Shown here in pieces: positions 17,669-27,943 of a stretch of DNA of 64,000 nt. How positions within the stretch are numbered: the stretch's first letter is position 1; each line of letters opens with the position of its first letter. The translations under genes were made by a program, and so were the position numbers. The notes beneath the pieces were generated by a model. That model searched no databases, had not been told where the DNA came from, and worked only from the letters and a program-made list of their open reading frames with translations. Source of the DNA: Armatimonadota bacterium (GTDB lineage Bacteria > Armatimonadota > UBA5829 > DSUL01); the NCBI GenBank assembly GCA_040769165.1, contig JAXGLP010000001.1, positions 728,197-792,196 of the forward strand. The letters run 5' to 3'.

Positions 17669-20600
17669 ATGTTCAGATTCAGAGTCATCCATGCGCTGGC
17701 CGCCGCCGCGTTGCTTCTCGTTACCGGGTTCCCGGCCACTTCGGCGCCGGGAACGCTGGAGGCTGGCTTCCGCAATCCGCCCCGCTCCGCGGGCCCGCAC
17801 ACCTGGTGGCACTGGATGAACGGCAACATCACCCGCGAGGGAATCACCGCCGACCTGGAAGCGATGAAGCGCATCGGTCTCGGCGGCGCGCAGATCTTCG
17901 ATGTGGACTGCGGAATCCCGGCCGGCCCGGTCAAGTTTATGACCCCCGAGTGGCTGGACATGGTCGGCCACGCGGCGGCTGAAGCCGATCGCCTGGGGCT
18001 CGAACTCTGCATCCACAACTGCGCCGGATGGTCGAGCAGCGGCGGCAAGTGGAACACTCCCGAACACGCGATGCAGGAAGTCGTCTGGAGCGAGCACCGG
18101 GTCAAGGGCCCCTCGCGCTTCTCCGAAGCTCTGCCGCAGCCCCCCGTCCGCGAAGGCTTCTATCGCGACATCTCCGTCCTTGCCTTCAAGGGTGACAGCG
18201 CCGAGCGGATCAACGATATCCGGGGGAAGGCCGCCTACGATCGCCGCGACCGCCTGGACCCCGATCTCTCGTCCGCCGCTTCAAGTCCCATCCCCCTGAT
18301 CGGCATCGTGAACCTGACCGGCAAGCTCGAGACCGGCGGGCGGATCTCGTGGGACGTCCCTGAGGGTGACTGGACCATTCTCAGAATCGGCCACACCTGC
18401 ACCGGCGCCATCAACGCCCCCGCTTCGCCCGAAGGCACGGGGCTGGAATGCGACAAGCTCAGCAAGGAGGCGCTGGACGCGCACTGGGCGGGGATGATGG
18501 CGAAGGTCATCGAGAAGGCGGGCCCGGCGGCAGGCCGGTCGCTCAACAACTCGCTCATAGACAGCTACGAGAGAGGGCATCAGAACTGGACGGCACTGTT
18601 CGCGGACGAGTTCCTGAAGCGTCGCGGGTACGACATCGTCCCCTATCTGCCGGTGCTGAGCGGGCGGGTCGTCGAGAGCACGGAGGTGAGCGAGCGCTTC
18701 CTCTGGGACTTCCGGCGCACCGTCGCCGACCTCTGGGCCGAAAACTATGTGGGCCACTTCACCGAGCTGTGCCACGCCAACGGAATGAAGAGTTCCATCG
18801 AACCGTACGGGAATGCCACCTTCGACAACCTGCAGTGCGGCGGGCAGGCCGATATCGTCATGGGCGAGTTCTGGGTGGCCGGGTGGCATGTGGGAGAATC
18901 AACCAAACTGGCCGCTTCGGCCAGCCACACCTACGGCCACAAGGTCACCGGGGCCGAGTCGTTCACGGCCGACGAGTCGCGCGGCCGCTGGATGGTGGAG
19001 CCGTACTCCGTCAAGTCACTCGGAGACCGCGTCTTCTGCGACGGCGTGAACAGGTTCATCATGCACCGCTACGCCCATCAGCCGTGGCTCAAGGTGGAGC
19101 CGGGCATGACGATGGGACCGTGGGGCACTCATTTCGACCGGACGATCACCTGGTGGGAACAGGCCGCGGCGTGGGTATCCTATGTTTCCCGCTGCCAGTA
19201 TCTGCTGCAGTCGGGGCTGTTCGCCGCCGATCTGTGCTATTTCTACGGCGAATCCGGGCCGAACGACCTCGTGTCGCGCGGGGGCCTGCGCCCGGCGCCC
19301 CCGGCGGGCTACGACTATGACGGCTGCGATTCCGCGGTTGTGCTGCAGCGCATGAGCGTCCGCAACGGCCGCATCGTGCTGCCCGACGGGATTAGCTACC
19401 GGGTGCTTGTGCTGCCCGAGAGCCGCTTCATGACTTGTGCCATGCTCAGGAAAATCGCAGAGCTTGTGCGGGCGGGCGCGGTGGTGGTGGGGCCGAAGCC
19501 CGCTCACTCCCCGAGCCTGTCCGGCTACCCCGCCTGCGATCTCGAGGTCAGGCGCATCGCCGGCGAGGTGTGGGGCGACTGCGACGGCGTTTCGGTGCGC
19601 GAACACAGGTATGGCCGGGGCAGGGTGGTCTGGGGCGTGGGGCTTGCGGATACTCTCCAGGGGATGGGCCTGCAGCCGGACTTCTCGACGCCCGATGAGC
19701 CGGGCAAGGAGCGCCTCTCCTGGATCCATCGCAGCATTGACGGGGCCGACGCGTACTTCGTCGCCAATCGCGCTTACTATCCGCAGACCATCGCCTGCAC
19801 GTTCCGCCAGACGGGCAGAGTGCCCGAGTTCTGGTATCCCGACACCGGCCGCATCGTGGATGCCCCGGTGTATCAGGATCAGGGCGGCAGAATCACCGTC
19901 CCGATTCAGTTCGACCCGGCGGGCTCGGTGTTTGTCGTGTTCCGCAGGCCGGCGGGCAAGGCGCCCCATCTGGTGTCCGCCGCGCGCTCCAGCAGGGCCG
20001 AGGCCGCCAGCGCCCCCGTCATCCGCATCGTCCGGGCCACGTACGGCCCCGCCAACGAATCGGCGCGCACGGCCGATGTCACCGAAAAGGTTTCGGCCAT
20101 GGCATCGGCAAACGCGCCCATCGGGGCGAACAATGCCGCGTTTGGCGATCCTTCGCCCCTCACCGTGAAGCAGCTGAGCGTCGAATACACGCTGAACGGC
20201 AAGGCGAAAAAGGCCGTCATCCCCGAAGGCGGCGTGCTGAATCTCACAGGCGACTCCGCAGTCCCGATGCCCGATTTCGAGCTTCTGGCCGGCCGCTCCG
20301 GCGCCGTTGAACTGAAAGCCTGGAAGCCCGGGGATTACACGCTGAAGACCTCAGACGGTGGTTCGCGTGTCATCCGTGTGCCCTCCGGCGCGGACACTTC
20401 CGAGCTTTCCGGGCCGTGGACGCTGCGGTTCCCCCGCGGGGGCGGCGCGCCGGACTATATCAGCCTCAAGAAGCTGGCGCCCTGGAACGAGCATCATATC
20501 GCCGGCGTGCGCTACTTCTCCGGAACCGCCGCGTACACGAAGCGCTTCACCCTGCCCGAGGGGTTTGTGCAGTCCGGCCGCTCGGTGGTGCTCGATCTCG

Positions 20601-20965
20601 GCAGAGTCAAGAACTTCGCGGAAGTGAAGCTGAACGGAAAGAGCCTGGGGGTTCTGTGGAAGGAGCCGTTCCGGCTGGATGTGACGGGTCTGGCGCGCCC
20701 GGGCCAGAACGACCTGGAGATCAGGGTCACCAACCTCTGGCCGAACAGGATCATCGGCGACGCCCAGCTTCCGGACGTGTATGAGTGGAGAGGCAACGCC
20801 ATCGCCAGCATCCCGGCGTGGGTGTCCGAAGGCAGGCCGAACCCCAATCCCGGCCGCTACACCTTCGCCACCTGGCGCTACTACAACAAGGATTCCCAGC
20901 TTCCCGAGTCCGGCCTCTCTGGCCCGGTCACAGTCCGCTCGGTCAAGAGGCTCGCCGTCCGGTAG
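17669..20965 (+). CDS. Large secreted glycoside hydrolase, GH106-like (putative alpha-L-rhamnosidase family)
   Basis: Signal peptide, then FRNPP....GPHTWWHWMNGNITREGITADLEAMKRIGLGG. C-terminal galactose-binding-like segment LDLGRVKNFAEVKLNGKSLGV. Family assignment is from recalled motifs only. Confidence 0.6.
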   Translation: MFRFRVIHALAAAALLLVTGFPATSAPGTLEAGFRNPPRSAGPHTWWHWMNGNITREGITADLEAMKRIGLGGAQIFDVDCGIPAGPVKFMTPEWLDMVGHAAAEADRLGLELCIHNCAGWSSSGGKWNTPEHAMQEVVWSEHRVKGPSRFSEALPQPPVREGFYRDISVLAFKGDSAERINDIRGKAAYDRRDRLDPDLSSAASSPIPLIGIVNLTGKLETGGRISWDVPEGDWTILRIGHTCTGAINAPASPEGTGLECDKLSKEALDAHWAGMMAKVIEKAGPAAGRSLNNSLIDSYERGHQNWTALFADEFLKRRGYDIVPYLPVLSGRVVESTEVSERFLWDFRRTVADLWAENYVGHFTELCHANGMKSSIEPYGNATFDNLQCGGQADIVMGEFWVAGWHVGESTKLAASASHTYGHKVTGAESFTADESRGRWMVEPYSVKSLGDRVFCDGVNRFIMHRYAHQPWLKVEPGMTMGPWGTHFDRTITWWEQAAAWVSYVSRCQYLLQSGLFAADLCYFYGESGPNDLVSRGGLRPAPPAGYDYDGCDSAVVLQRMSVRNGRIVLPDGISYRVLVLPESRFMTCAMLRKIAELVRAGAVVVGPKPAHSPSLSGYPACDLEVRRIAGEVWGDCDGVSVREHRYGRGRVVWGVGLADTLQGMGLQPDFSTPDEPGKERLSWIHRSIDGADAYFVANRAYYPQTIACTFRQTGRVPEFWYPDTGRIVDAPVYQDQGGRITVPIQFDPAGSVFVVFRRPAGKAPHLVSAARSSRAEAASAPVIRIVRATYGPANESARTADVTEKVSAMASANAPIGANNAAFGDPSPLTVKQLSVEYTLNGKAKKAVIPEGGVLNLTGDSAVPMPDFELLAGRSGAVELKAWKPGDYTLKTSDGGSRVIRVPSGADTSELSGPWTLRFPRGGGAPDYISLKKLAPWNEHHIAGVRYFSGTAAYTKRFTLPEGFVQSGRSVVLDLGRVKNFAEVKLNGKSLGVLWKEPFRLDVTGLARPGQNDLEIRVTNLWPNRIIGDAQLPDVYEWRGNAIASIPAWVSEGRPNPNPGRYTFATWRYYNKDSQLPESGLSGPVTVRSVKRLAVR

Positions 20966-21047
20966 CGGTCACGGAGCCTCCGCAGCGCTGCCAGGGCAGC
21001 AAACAGTCCGTGCTGAGCGCAGCCGAAGCGCCAGCCTCACGCTCAAA

Positions 21048-21128
21048 TGCCGAAGGTGGGAGTCGAACCCACACGAGTTGCCTCAGCGGTTTTTGAGACC
21101 GCCGCGTCTGCCATTCCGCCACTTCGGC
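21048..21128 (-). tRNA. tRNA-Leu (anticodon CAA)
   Basis: The reverse complement folds as a class II tRNA. Acceptor stem GCCGAAG/CTTCGGC, anticodon stem GCGGT/ACCGC with loop CTCAAAA, long variable arm, T-arm GTGGGTTCGACTCCCAC. CCA is not encoded. Confidence 0.85.
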
Positions 21129-21292
21129 ACGGGGACGCTGGATTATACGAACGCCGCGAGCGCACTGTCAAGGAGAGTGCGCCCGCGCGGATTTGCGCTA
21201 AACTGTCGTGAGGGGAGGAGTTAGCCCCGCCATGCCCGTAACAGGAGTACCGGGCGGAAGGCCGCCCGCGCAAGGTCACGGAGAAGCTTGAA

Positions 21293-22369
21293 ATGGAACA
21301 AAACGACGTCCAGTCCGCAACCGCATCCGTTCCCCCGCCGCCTCTGCCGCCGCCTGCGGCCGGCATGCCCGCCGGGGGCGGGCCTCCCGTCACCAACGCC
21401 CCCTCCGCCCGCAGAACCGGCGGCGGGCTGTGGCGATGGCTCCTGGGCTGCGGATGTCTCCTCGTCCTCTGCTGGGCGCTCCTGGCGGCGGCCATCGGCG
21501 CGCTGTTCAAGACCGGCGCGGCCCACAAGCCGTTCGGTCAGAAGGTTGCCGTCGTCTATGTCAGCGGCGCAATAAGCTCGGGCGCGTCCGATAGCGGACC
21601 GTTCTCGTCGGGCGGAGCAGCGTCCGAGCGCGTCATCCACGACCTGCGAACCGCCGTCAAGGAGTCCGGCGTCAAGGCCATCGTCCTTCGCGTCAACTCG
21701 CCCGGCGGCAGCGCCGCGGCGTCGCAGGAGATCTATCAGGAGATCGTGCGGGTTCGCGGCAAGGGCATGCCCGTCGTCGTTTCCATGGCCGATGTCGCCG
21801 CCTCGGGCGGATACTACGTCTCGGCGCCCGCGGACATGATCTTCGCCGACAACGGCACCCTGACGGGCAGCATCGGCGTCATTCTGCAGACAACCGATAT
21901 GACCGCCCTCTTCAGCAAGATCGGTCTCAAACCCGAAACGATCAAGAGCGGCAAGCACAAGGACATGTTCTCGCCCAGCCGTTCGCTCACCGACGAAGAG
22001 CGGATAATGGCCAAGGCGATGATCCTGGACATCTACGACCAGTTCGTCTCCGACGTTCTTGAAGGACGCAAGCACAAAGGTCTCACGCGCGAGAAGCTGC
22101 TTGCTGTCGCCGACGGGCGCGTGCTCACAGGCCGCCAGGCCCGCGATGCCCTGCTCGTGGACGAGATCGGGTCGTTGCAGGATGCGATCCAGGACGCCGC
22201 CAGGCGCGGCGGAATCAAGGGCGAGCCGTCCGTCTGGAAGGTGAAGCGCAGCTTCTGGGAGACGCTTGCCGAAGCAAAGATGGACGTGCGGCCCAATGTG
22301 ATTCTCGATCTCTCGCGGGCGCGAAGCGGAGGCGCGGCGCTGGACGAAATCCTGATGCAGGGCCGCTGA
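21293..22369 (+). CDS. sppA: Signal peptide peptidase SppA (36K type)
   Basis: Pro-rich N-terminus followed by a TM segment. S49 peptidase motifs: VKAIVLRVNSPGGSAAAS, SMADVAASGGYY, GSIGV, KSGKHKD. Confidence 0.8.
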   Translation: MEQNDVQSATASVPPPPLPPPAAGMPAGGGPPVTNAPSARRTGGGLWRWLLGCGCLLVLCWALLAAAIGALFKTGAAHKPFGQKVAVVYVSGAISSGASDSGPFSSGGAASERVIHDLRTAVKESGVKAIVLRVNSPGGSAAASQEIYQEIVRVRGKGMPVVVSMADVAASGGYYVSAPADMIFADNGTLTGSIGVILQTTDMTALFSKIGLKPETIKSGKHKDMFSPSRSLTDEERIMAKAMILDIYDQFVSDVLEGRKHKGLTREKLLAVADGRVLTGRQARDALLVDEIGSLQDAIQDAARRGGIKGEPSVWKVKRSFWETLAEAKMDVRPNVILDLSRARSGGAALDEILMQGR

Positions 22370-22371
22370 CG

Positions 22372-25047
22372 TTGGCGACCCCGCGCACCAGCGGCCGCCG
22401 CTGCATCGTGGTGGACGGCAACAGCCTTCTCTACCGCGCCTTTTTCGCCATCCGGTTCCTCAGCACGCGCTCCGGACAGCCGACGAACGCGCTGTTCGGC
22501 TTCGCGAACATGCTGCTGAAAGTGCTCGAGGATTACACGCCGGACCTGCTGATCGTCGCCTTCGACGCGCCGGCAAAGACCTTCCGCCACGAGGAGTTCC
22601 CGGCTTACAAGGAGACCCGCAAACCGACGCCGGACGAGTTGATCTCGCAGTTCTCGCTCTCCCGAGACCTCGCCCGCAGCCTGGGCGCGGTTGTCATCGA
22701 ACTGCCGGGCTACGAGGCCGACGACGTGGTGGGCACCTGTGCGCGGCAGGGCGAGTCCTGCGGGTATGAAGTCATCATTTTCACGGGTGACACCGATGAG
22801 TTGCAGCTCGTCACCGACAAAGTCACCGTCGTTGCGACGACGCGCGGGGTCTCCGATGTCGCCGTCTATACTCCCAATGCCGTTGTCGAGCGTTTCGGCC
22901 TGACGCCGGAGCAGTTCGTTGACTACAAGGCGCTGAAGGGCGACACGTCCGACAACATCCCCGGAGTTGCGGGCATCGGCGACAAGACGGCGAGCAGGCT
23001 CCTCGCGGAGTTCGGCTCGCTCGACGAACTCATGCGGCGGCTGGACGAGCTTCCGGAGGGGAAGGTCCGCACTGCGCTCGAGCAGTCGCGGGAGCAGGTC
23101 TGGCTGTCGCGGCGGCTGGCGACCATCGTGACCGATGCCCCGACAGGCGTGGATTGCGCCAGCCTTCCCGCCTATTCCAGGCCATCGGGCGAGGCCGAGC
23201 GGCTCTTCCGCGAGCTGGAGTTCGAGACGCTCGGCAGGCGGCTGCCGCCGTCCGAGCCCGCGGCGGGTGAGCCTCAGGAAGCAACCGCGCAGCAATCCAT
23301 GCCCGCGGTCGAAAGGGTGGAGGACGAGGCCGGCCTGGCGAAGCTCTACGAACGTCTGGCGGGTCAGGCTGGTATGGGCGTCTACCTCGAGACCGATGAC
23401 GCGGGCGCGCTTCTGCGGATTGGATTGGGCGCGGAAGGGTGGGGCGCGAGCGTTGACATTCAGCCCGCGGGCGGCTCGCAGGGCACGCTGCCGGGAGGCT
23501 CGGGCGGCTTCGAAGTATCCGCGGCGCGGCTCGTAAAGGCGCTGGAGTCCAGGGGCCTCCTTCAGCACTTTGCGACCCACGATCTCAAGCGCGCGCTGCT
23601 GACGCTGTCGAAATCCGGCGTCTCGCTCCCCGGATGCCGGCACGACACGATGCTTGCGGGTTTCCTGCTGCAGCCGGGCAGGGGGTCGTACACGCTGGAC
23701 TGGCTGGCAGGCCAGCACCTGGGATCGCAGATTCCGGACGACCTCAAGGACTGGCGGCGAACGGCTTTGTCGGCCGCTCTTATTGCGCGTCTCGCGGCGA
23801 TTCTCGAGGCGTCCATCGAATCGGAGGGGCTCAGATACCCCTACGAAGGGATTGAGATGCCCCTCGCCCCGGTGCTGGCGAAGATGGAGCAGGCGGGCAT
23901 TCAGGCGGACGCCGGGCGGTTGAGGGCGGCCTCGGATAGCATGGCCGCGACCATCAGCGCGCTGGAGGCCGATATCTTCGCGCTTGCGGGGACCGAGTTC
24001 AACATCGGCTCGCCGAAGCAGGTGGGTTCGGTGCTGTTCGAGAAGCTGCAGCTTCCCGCCGGAAAGCGTACGCGCACCGGCTTCTCCACCGACGCGGAGA
24101 CACTCGAGGCGCTCGCCCCGTCGTACGAGATCTGCGCGAAACTGCTGCACTGGCGCGAGCTGACCAAGCTGAAGGGCACTTACGCCGATGCTCTTCCCCG
24201 GCTGATAGACCCCGCGACCGGCCGGATTCACACGAGCTTCAACCAGACCGGCGCGGCGACGGGGCGCCTCTCATCGAGCGACCCGAACCTTCAGAACATC
24301 CCCATCAAGACGGAGGCCGGCCGCGAAATCCGCGCGGCGTTCGTCGCCGCGCCGGGATGCACTCTTCTGGCCGCCGACTATTCGCAGATCGAGCTGCGGC
24401 TGCTGGCCCATCTGAGCGGCGACCCCGAGCTGACCCGCTGCTTCAACGAACAGGAAGATATCCACGTGCGCACGGCCTGCGCGCTGTTTGGAGTCGAGGC
24501 GCATCAGGTCACGGCCGACCAGCGGCGGCGCGCGAAGACCATCAACTTCAGCGTCATATACGGCAAGAGCGATTTCGGGCTTTCGAAGGAACTCGGAATC
24601 ACCATCGGGGAGGCACACGCCTACATCGAAGCCTACTTCGCGCAGTACCCGCGGGTGCGCGAGTATACGGCCGAGGTATTGGAACGCGCCCGGACGGACG
24701 GGTACGCGGCGACTATTCTGGGACGCAAGCGATGGTTCCCGGAGCTTCACGCGCGGGATCGAAACGTGCGCGCAAACGCCGAGCGCGCCGCCTTCAACGC
24801 GCCGCTGCAGGGCTCGGCGGCGGACATCATCAAACTCGCGATGATTGCCATCGACCGCCTCGGCCCGTCGTTCCCGGCAACCATGGTGCTGCAGGTGCAC
24901 GATGAGCTGGTGTTCGACGTGCCCGAGGGCGCGGCCGGGGAAGTGACGAAAACCGTTCACGAGAAGATGGAGGGCGTGTGCGATCTGGCGGTTCCGCTTG
25001 TCGTGGACGTCAAATCGGGTCCGAACTGGCGGGACGTGGAGCAGTAA
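22372..25047 (+). CDS. polA: DNA polymerase I
   Basis: 5'-nuclease domain (VVDGNSLLYRAFFA, GDKSDNIPGV-like GDTSDNIPGVAGIGDKTA) plus Pol A motifs (DYSQIELR, RRRAKTINFSVIYG, QVHDELVF). TTG start. Confidence 0.9.
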   Translation: MATPRTSGRRCIVVDGNSLLYRAFFAIRFLSTRSGQPTNALFGFANMLLKVLEDYTPDLLIVAFDAPAKTFRHEEFPAYKETRKPTPDELISQFSLSRDLARSLGAVVIELPGYEADDVVGTCARQGESCGYEVIIFTGDTDELQLVTDKVTVVATTRGVSDVAVYTPNAVVERFGLTPEQFVDYKALKGDTSDNIPGVAGIGDKTASRLLAEFGSLDELMRRLDELPEGKVRTALEQSREQVWLSRRLATIVTDAPTGVDCASLPAYSRPSGEAERLFRELEFETLGRRLPPSEPAAGEPQEATAQQSMPAVERVEDEAGLAKLYERLAGQAGMGVYLETDDAGALLRIGLGAEGWGASVDIQPAGGSQGTLPGGSGGFEVSAARLVKALESRGLLQHFATHDLKRALLTLSKSGVSLPGCRHDTMLAGFLLQPGRGSYTLDWLAGQHLGSQIPDDLKDWRRTALSAALIARLAAILEASIESEGLRYPYEGIEMPLAPVLAKMEQAGIQADAGRLRAASDSMAATISALEADIFALAGTEFNIGSPKQVGSVLFEKLQLPAGKRTRTGFSTDAETLEALAPSYEICAKLLHWRELTKLKGTYADALPRLIDPATGRIHTSFNQTGAATGRLSSSDPNLQNIPIKTEAGREIRAAFVAAPGCTLLAADYSQIELRLLAHLSGDPELTRCFNEQEDIHVRTACALFGVEAHQVTADQRRRAKTINFSVIYGKSDFGLSKELGITIGEAHAYIEAYFAQYPRVREYTAEVLERARTDGYAATILGRKRWFPELHARDRNVRANAERAAFNAPLQGSAADIIKLAMIAIDRLGPSFPATMVLQVHDELVFDVPEGAAGEVTKTVHEKMEGVCDLAVPLVVDVKSGPNWRDVEQ

Positions 25048-25109
25048 ACTTCACGCCGAGGCGTGCAAATAGCAGAATTCTATGCAGCCTTGCAGGAATC
25101 GTGCCGTAG

Positions 25110-25138
25110 TTGTAGAAAACACATTCGTCTGCTAAAAT
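25110..25138 (+). promoter_or_regulatory. Putative sigma70-type promoter upstream of rpsA (TTGTAG-17 bp-TAAAAT)
   Basis: Located in the only AT-rich patch of the polA-rpsA intergenic region. Spacing counted directly. Leaves a leader of about 165 nt before the ATG at 25310. Confidence 0.45.
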
Positions 25139-25309
25139 CTCTAGTCTTTTCGGGGCATCGGGGGAAGGCGCCGTGGGCGTCGGCCCCTTGTGCACGGGAA
25201 GCGAACGAGTACAGGCTGGGTTTCCAGCCGGGTTTATCAACAAATGCCCGGGGCCTCCAGAAACACCGGACCAATGTCCGGCAGCCCGGGGCGAAAGAGG
25301 AGTAATCGT

Positions 25310-27214
25310 ATGTTCCACGAGATGGCCGGTCCGCTCGTCTTCTTGAAGCGCGGCGTTTCGCTGTTGGCGGGAGACGAAGAGACGGTGGATGTGGCCGGCG
25401 GTGGCGGTGGCGACGTGTCCCCGGATGACCAGTCCGCCAGCGCTCAGGAGAGCGCGGATACTGGGCCTGAGGTGACCGAGGGCGGCGAGGACGGCGTGCC
25501 GGAAGCGGCGGCGCCGGAATCGGCGGCGCCGGGGGCGGCGGCAGAGGAAACGGCCGAAGCGCCGCCGGAAGAGCCGGCGGAAGAGCCGGCCCAGCCGCCT
25601 GTTTCTGACGCGGAGGCGTTCGAGGCCGCCCTCAACGACCCGAACCTTGGCAGGCCGCCAGGGTCGAAAGGGTCGCGCCAGCAGGTAGATTACTCCGGCA
25701 CGTTCCAGTCCCTTCGCGAAGGCGACGTAGTGAAGGGCACTGTTGTGCACATTGACCGCGATGGCGTGCTTGTTGATGTCGGCACCAAGTCCGAAGGCGT
25801 CATCCGCATGCACGAACTCACCCGCGACAGCTTCCAGAACCCTGAAGATGTCGTCTCGGTCGGCGAAGTGATTTCGGTCTTTGTTATGGAGACCGAGAGC
25901 CAGGACGGAGCGCTGCTCCTTTCAAAGAAGCGCGCCGACTTCGAGGTTGCCTGGGAGCGCGTGGAGGAGGCCAGCAAGAACGGCAAGGTCATCTCCGCGA
26001 TGGTGACCGACAGGGTCAAGGGCGGCCTTGTGGTTGACCTGGGCATTCGCGGCTTTGTCCCGGCTTCGCATGTCGGCACCGGCAAGACGCAGAACCTCGA
26101 CCGATTCATCGGACAGTCCATTCCGCTCAAGGTCATCGAAGTGGACCGCGACCGCCGCAAGGTGGTCCTGTCGCACAGGCAGGCGGTGGAGGAAGAGCGC
26201 GAAAAGAAGCGCGCCGAGACTCTTAAGGGCCTGGCCGAGGGTCAGCAGAGGACGGGCATCGTTCGCAGGATTACCGAGTATGGCGCGTTCGTGGACCTCG
26301 GGGGAATAGACGGGCTCCTGCACATCAGCGAGATGTCGTGGACTCGCATCAACCATCCCAGCGAGGTCGTCAAGGTCAACGACAAGATCCAGGTGATGGT
26401 GCTCAAGATGAACCTGGAGAACGGGCGCCTGTCTCTTGGGATGCGCCAGATCCTTCCCGATCCGTGGCAGGGCGTCGGCGAGCGCTATCACGTCGGCGAC
26501 ATCATTCAGGGCAAGATATCCAGGCTCGTGCCGTTCGGCGCATTTGTCCAGCTCGAAGAAGGCGTGGAGGCGATTATCCCGAATCAGGAACTCTCCATGC
26601 GCCGGATCAAGAGGCCGGACCAGGTGGTCTCCGTCGGCGACGAAGTCGAGGCGAAGATTCTGGATGTGCGTCCCGACGAGCGCCGCATGACGCTGTCCAC
26701 CCGCACTCTGATGCACGAGCGTGATGAGCCGATGCCTGCGATGCCGCCGACGCACTCGGGCGGCGGGCGCGAAGCTCCGCGGACCACCGTTGCCGACCTG
26801 CTCGGCGAGGGCTTCGCCGAAAAGCGCGCTGAGTTTGAGCGCGAAATGGAAGGCGGCAAGGCCAAGGGCAAGCGGCGCAAAGACAAGGCGCGCGCGGCTG
26901 AGCGGGCCGAGGAAGAAGCGTACGGCGAACTCTCGGACGACGAACTGCTCGACCTGGCCGTCGACCCTGAGGCTGAAGATGGCGGCTTCGAGGCCGAAGG
27001 AGAGGCCGGGGCCGGCGAGGCCGCGGGCGAGGGCGAACAGACCGCGGAAGCGGATGACAGCGCTGAGCCTGCCGCCGAGGCCGAAGCATCCGCCGAAGCA
27101 TCCGCCGAAGCATCCGCCGAAGCATCCGCCGAAGCATCTGCCGAAGCATCTGCCGAAGCATCTGCCGAAGCATCGGCTGAAGAAGCCGGGAGCGAGCAGC
27201 CTGAAGAGGCCTGA
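25310..27214 (+). CDS. rpsA: 30S ribosomal protein S1 with acidic N- and C-terminal extensions
   Basis: Multiple S1 domains (GDVVKGTVV.IDRDGVLVDVG, GRISLGMRQ, GDIIQGKISRLVPFGAFV). I chose the ATG at 25310, which has GAGGAG upstream. C-terminal tail is rich in E/A/D and contains the EASA repeat. Confidence 0.85.
   Translation: MFHEMAGPLVFLKRGVSLLAGDEETVDVAGGGGGDVSPDDQSASAQESADTGPEVTEGGEDGVPEAAAPESAAPGAAAEETAEAPPEEPAEEPAQPPVSDAEAFEAALNDPNLGRPPGSKGSRQQVDYSGTFQSLREGDVVKGTVVHIDRDGVLVDVGTKSEGVIRMHELTRDSFQNPEDVVSVGEVISVFVMETESQDGALLLSKKRADFEVAWERVEEASKNGKVISAMVTDRVKGGLVVDLGIRGFVPASHVGTGKTQNLDRFIGQSIPLKVIEVDRDRRKVVLSHRQAVEEEREKKRAETLKGLAEGQQRTGIVRRITEYGAFVDLGGIDGLLHISEMSWTRINHPSEVVKVNDKIQVMVLKMNLENGRLSLGMRQILPDPWQGVGERYHVGDIIQGKISRLVPFGAFVQLEEGVEAIIPNQELSMRRIKRPDQVVSVGDEVEAKILDVRPDERRMTLSTRTLMHERDEPMPAMPPTHSGGGREAPRTTVADLLGEGFAEKRAEFEREMEGGKAKGKRRKDKARAAERAEEEAYGELSDDELLDLAVDPEAEDGGFEAEGEAGAGEAAGEGEQTAEADDSAEPAAEAEASAEASAEASAEASAEASAEASAEASAEASAEEAGSEQPEEA
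27077..27178 (+). repeat. In-frame 12-bp tandem repeat (gccgaagcatcc, about 8 units) encoding (EASA)n in the S1 tail
   Basis: Read directly from the sequence. Units differ only at synonymous positions (tcc/tct/tcg). Confidence 0.9.
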
Positions 27215-27242
27215 TTGCCCGGCTTGTTCTGATTTCGCACAT

Positions 27243-27276
27243 GGGCTTCGTGGGGCATACCCGCGAAGCCCTGTTT
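27243..27276 (+). terminator. Possible intrinsic terminator/attenuator after rpsA
   Basis: 8-bp stem gggcttcg/cgaagccc with a 13-nt loop, followed by tgttt. The T-tract is weak. Confidence 0.35.
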
Positions 27277-27307
27277 CATGTCCCGCCCGGGTTGGGGTGC
27301 GCGCACC

Positions 27308-27919
27308 ATGCTGAGCGTGGGACTGACAGGCGGCATCGCGACAGGCAAGTCCACGGTGCTGAGAATGCTTGCGGATATGGGGGCGAGCGTACTGTCAGCG
27401 GATTCGATAGTTCACGAACTCCTCGACAGCGACCCGGACGTGCGGGCGCGCGTCGTCGCAGGGTTTGGCCCGGAATGCGTGAGCCAGGACGGCGGTCTCG
27501 ACAGGGCGTGGCTGGGCAGAGTCGTGTTCCGCGACGCCCGGAAGCGCCGGGAACTGGAGGAGATTATCCACCCCGCGGTTATCTCCCGCATCGGGGCGTG
27601 GCTGGAGGCCCAGAGCAGGTGTGAGACCGCTGTTTGTGTCGTTGAAGTGCCGCTCCTTTTCGAGACGGGACTGCAGGGGATGTTCGACACTACCGTCGTT
27701 GTCTCTTCGGAACACGATGTGCAGGCGCATCGTCTCAACAACAGGGGCCTGTCACCCGGGGAATCTGCGGCTCGGATGGGCGCGCAGATGCCCCTTGCGG
27801 ATAAAGAGGAGTTGGCCGGCTATGTCCTCCGGAACGACGGTTCGCTCGACGAATTGCGCACACGCGTGCGCGAGTTTTGGGAGAATCTGTCGGCGGGAGG
27901 CGAATATCCCCGTATCTGA
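27308..27919 (+). CDS. coaE: Dephospho-CoA kinase
   Basis: Starts MLSVGLTGGIATGKST (P-loop at the extreme N-terminus) and has a CoaE-like body. Confidence 0.8.
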   Translation: MLSVGLTGGIATGKSTVLRMLADMGASVLSADSIVHELLDSDPDVRARVVAGFGPECVSQDGGLDRAWLGRVVFRDARKRRELEEIIHPAVISRIGAWLEAQSRCETAVCVVEVPLLFETGLQGMFDTTVVVSSEHDVQAHRLNNRGLSPGESAARMGAQMPLADKEELAGYVLRNDGSLDELRTRVREFWENLSAGGEYPRI

Positions 27920-27943
27920 TGTTCCCATTGTATGCTGTCAGGC

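Noticed and set aside
14574-21128. Possible tRNA-associated genomic island (repeat element, DGR cassette, secreted proteins and GH106-like gene next to tRNA-Leu)
   Set aside because: There is no integrase, no direct repeat of the tRNA 3' end, and no obvious compositional break. The tRNA is also oriented away from the segment. The evidence is too weak to call an island.
22033-24231. 732-aa antisense ORF opposite polA. Similar long antisense or off-frame ORFs include 7176..9215, 32990..34948, 45825..48086, 49185..51236, 50623..51660 and 10952..12133
   Set aside because: All are rich in Arg/Ala/Gly/Pro and carry no recognisable motifs. Each fully overlaps a gene with strong family signatures on the other strand or frame. 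This is the typical artefact of stop-codon-poor GC-rich DNA.
27077-27178. Regular 12-bp tandem repeat that might be mistaken for a minisatellite or CRISPR-like array
   Set aside because: It has no spacers, the units are contiguous, and it lies in frame inside rpsA encoding (EASA)n. It is a coding low-complexity repeat.
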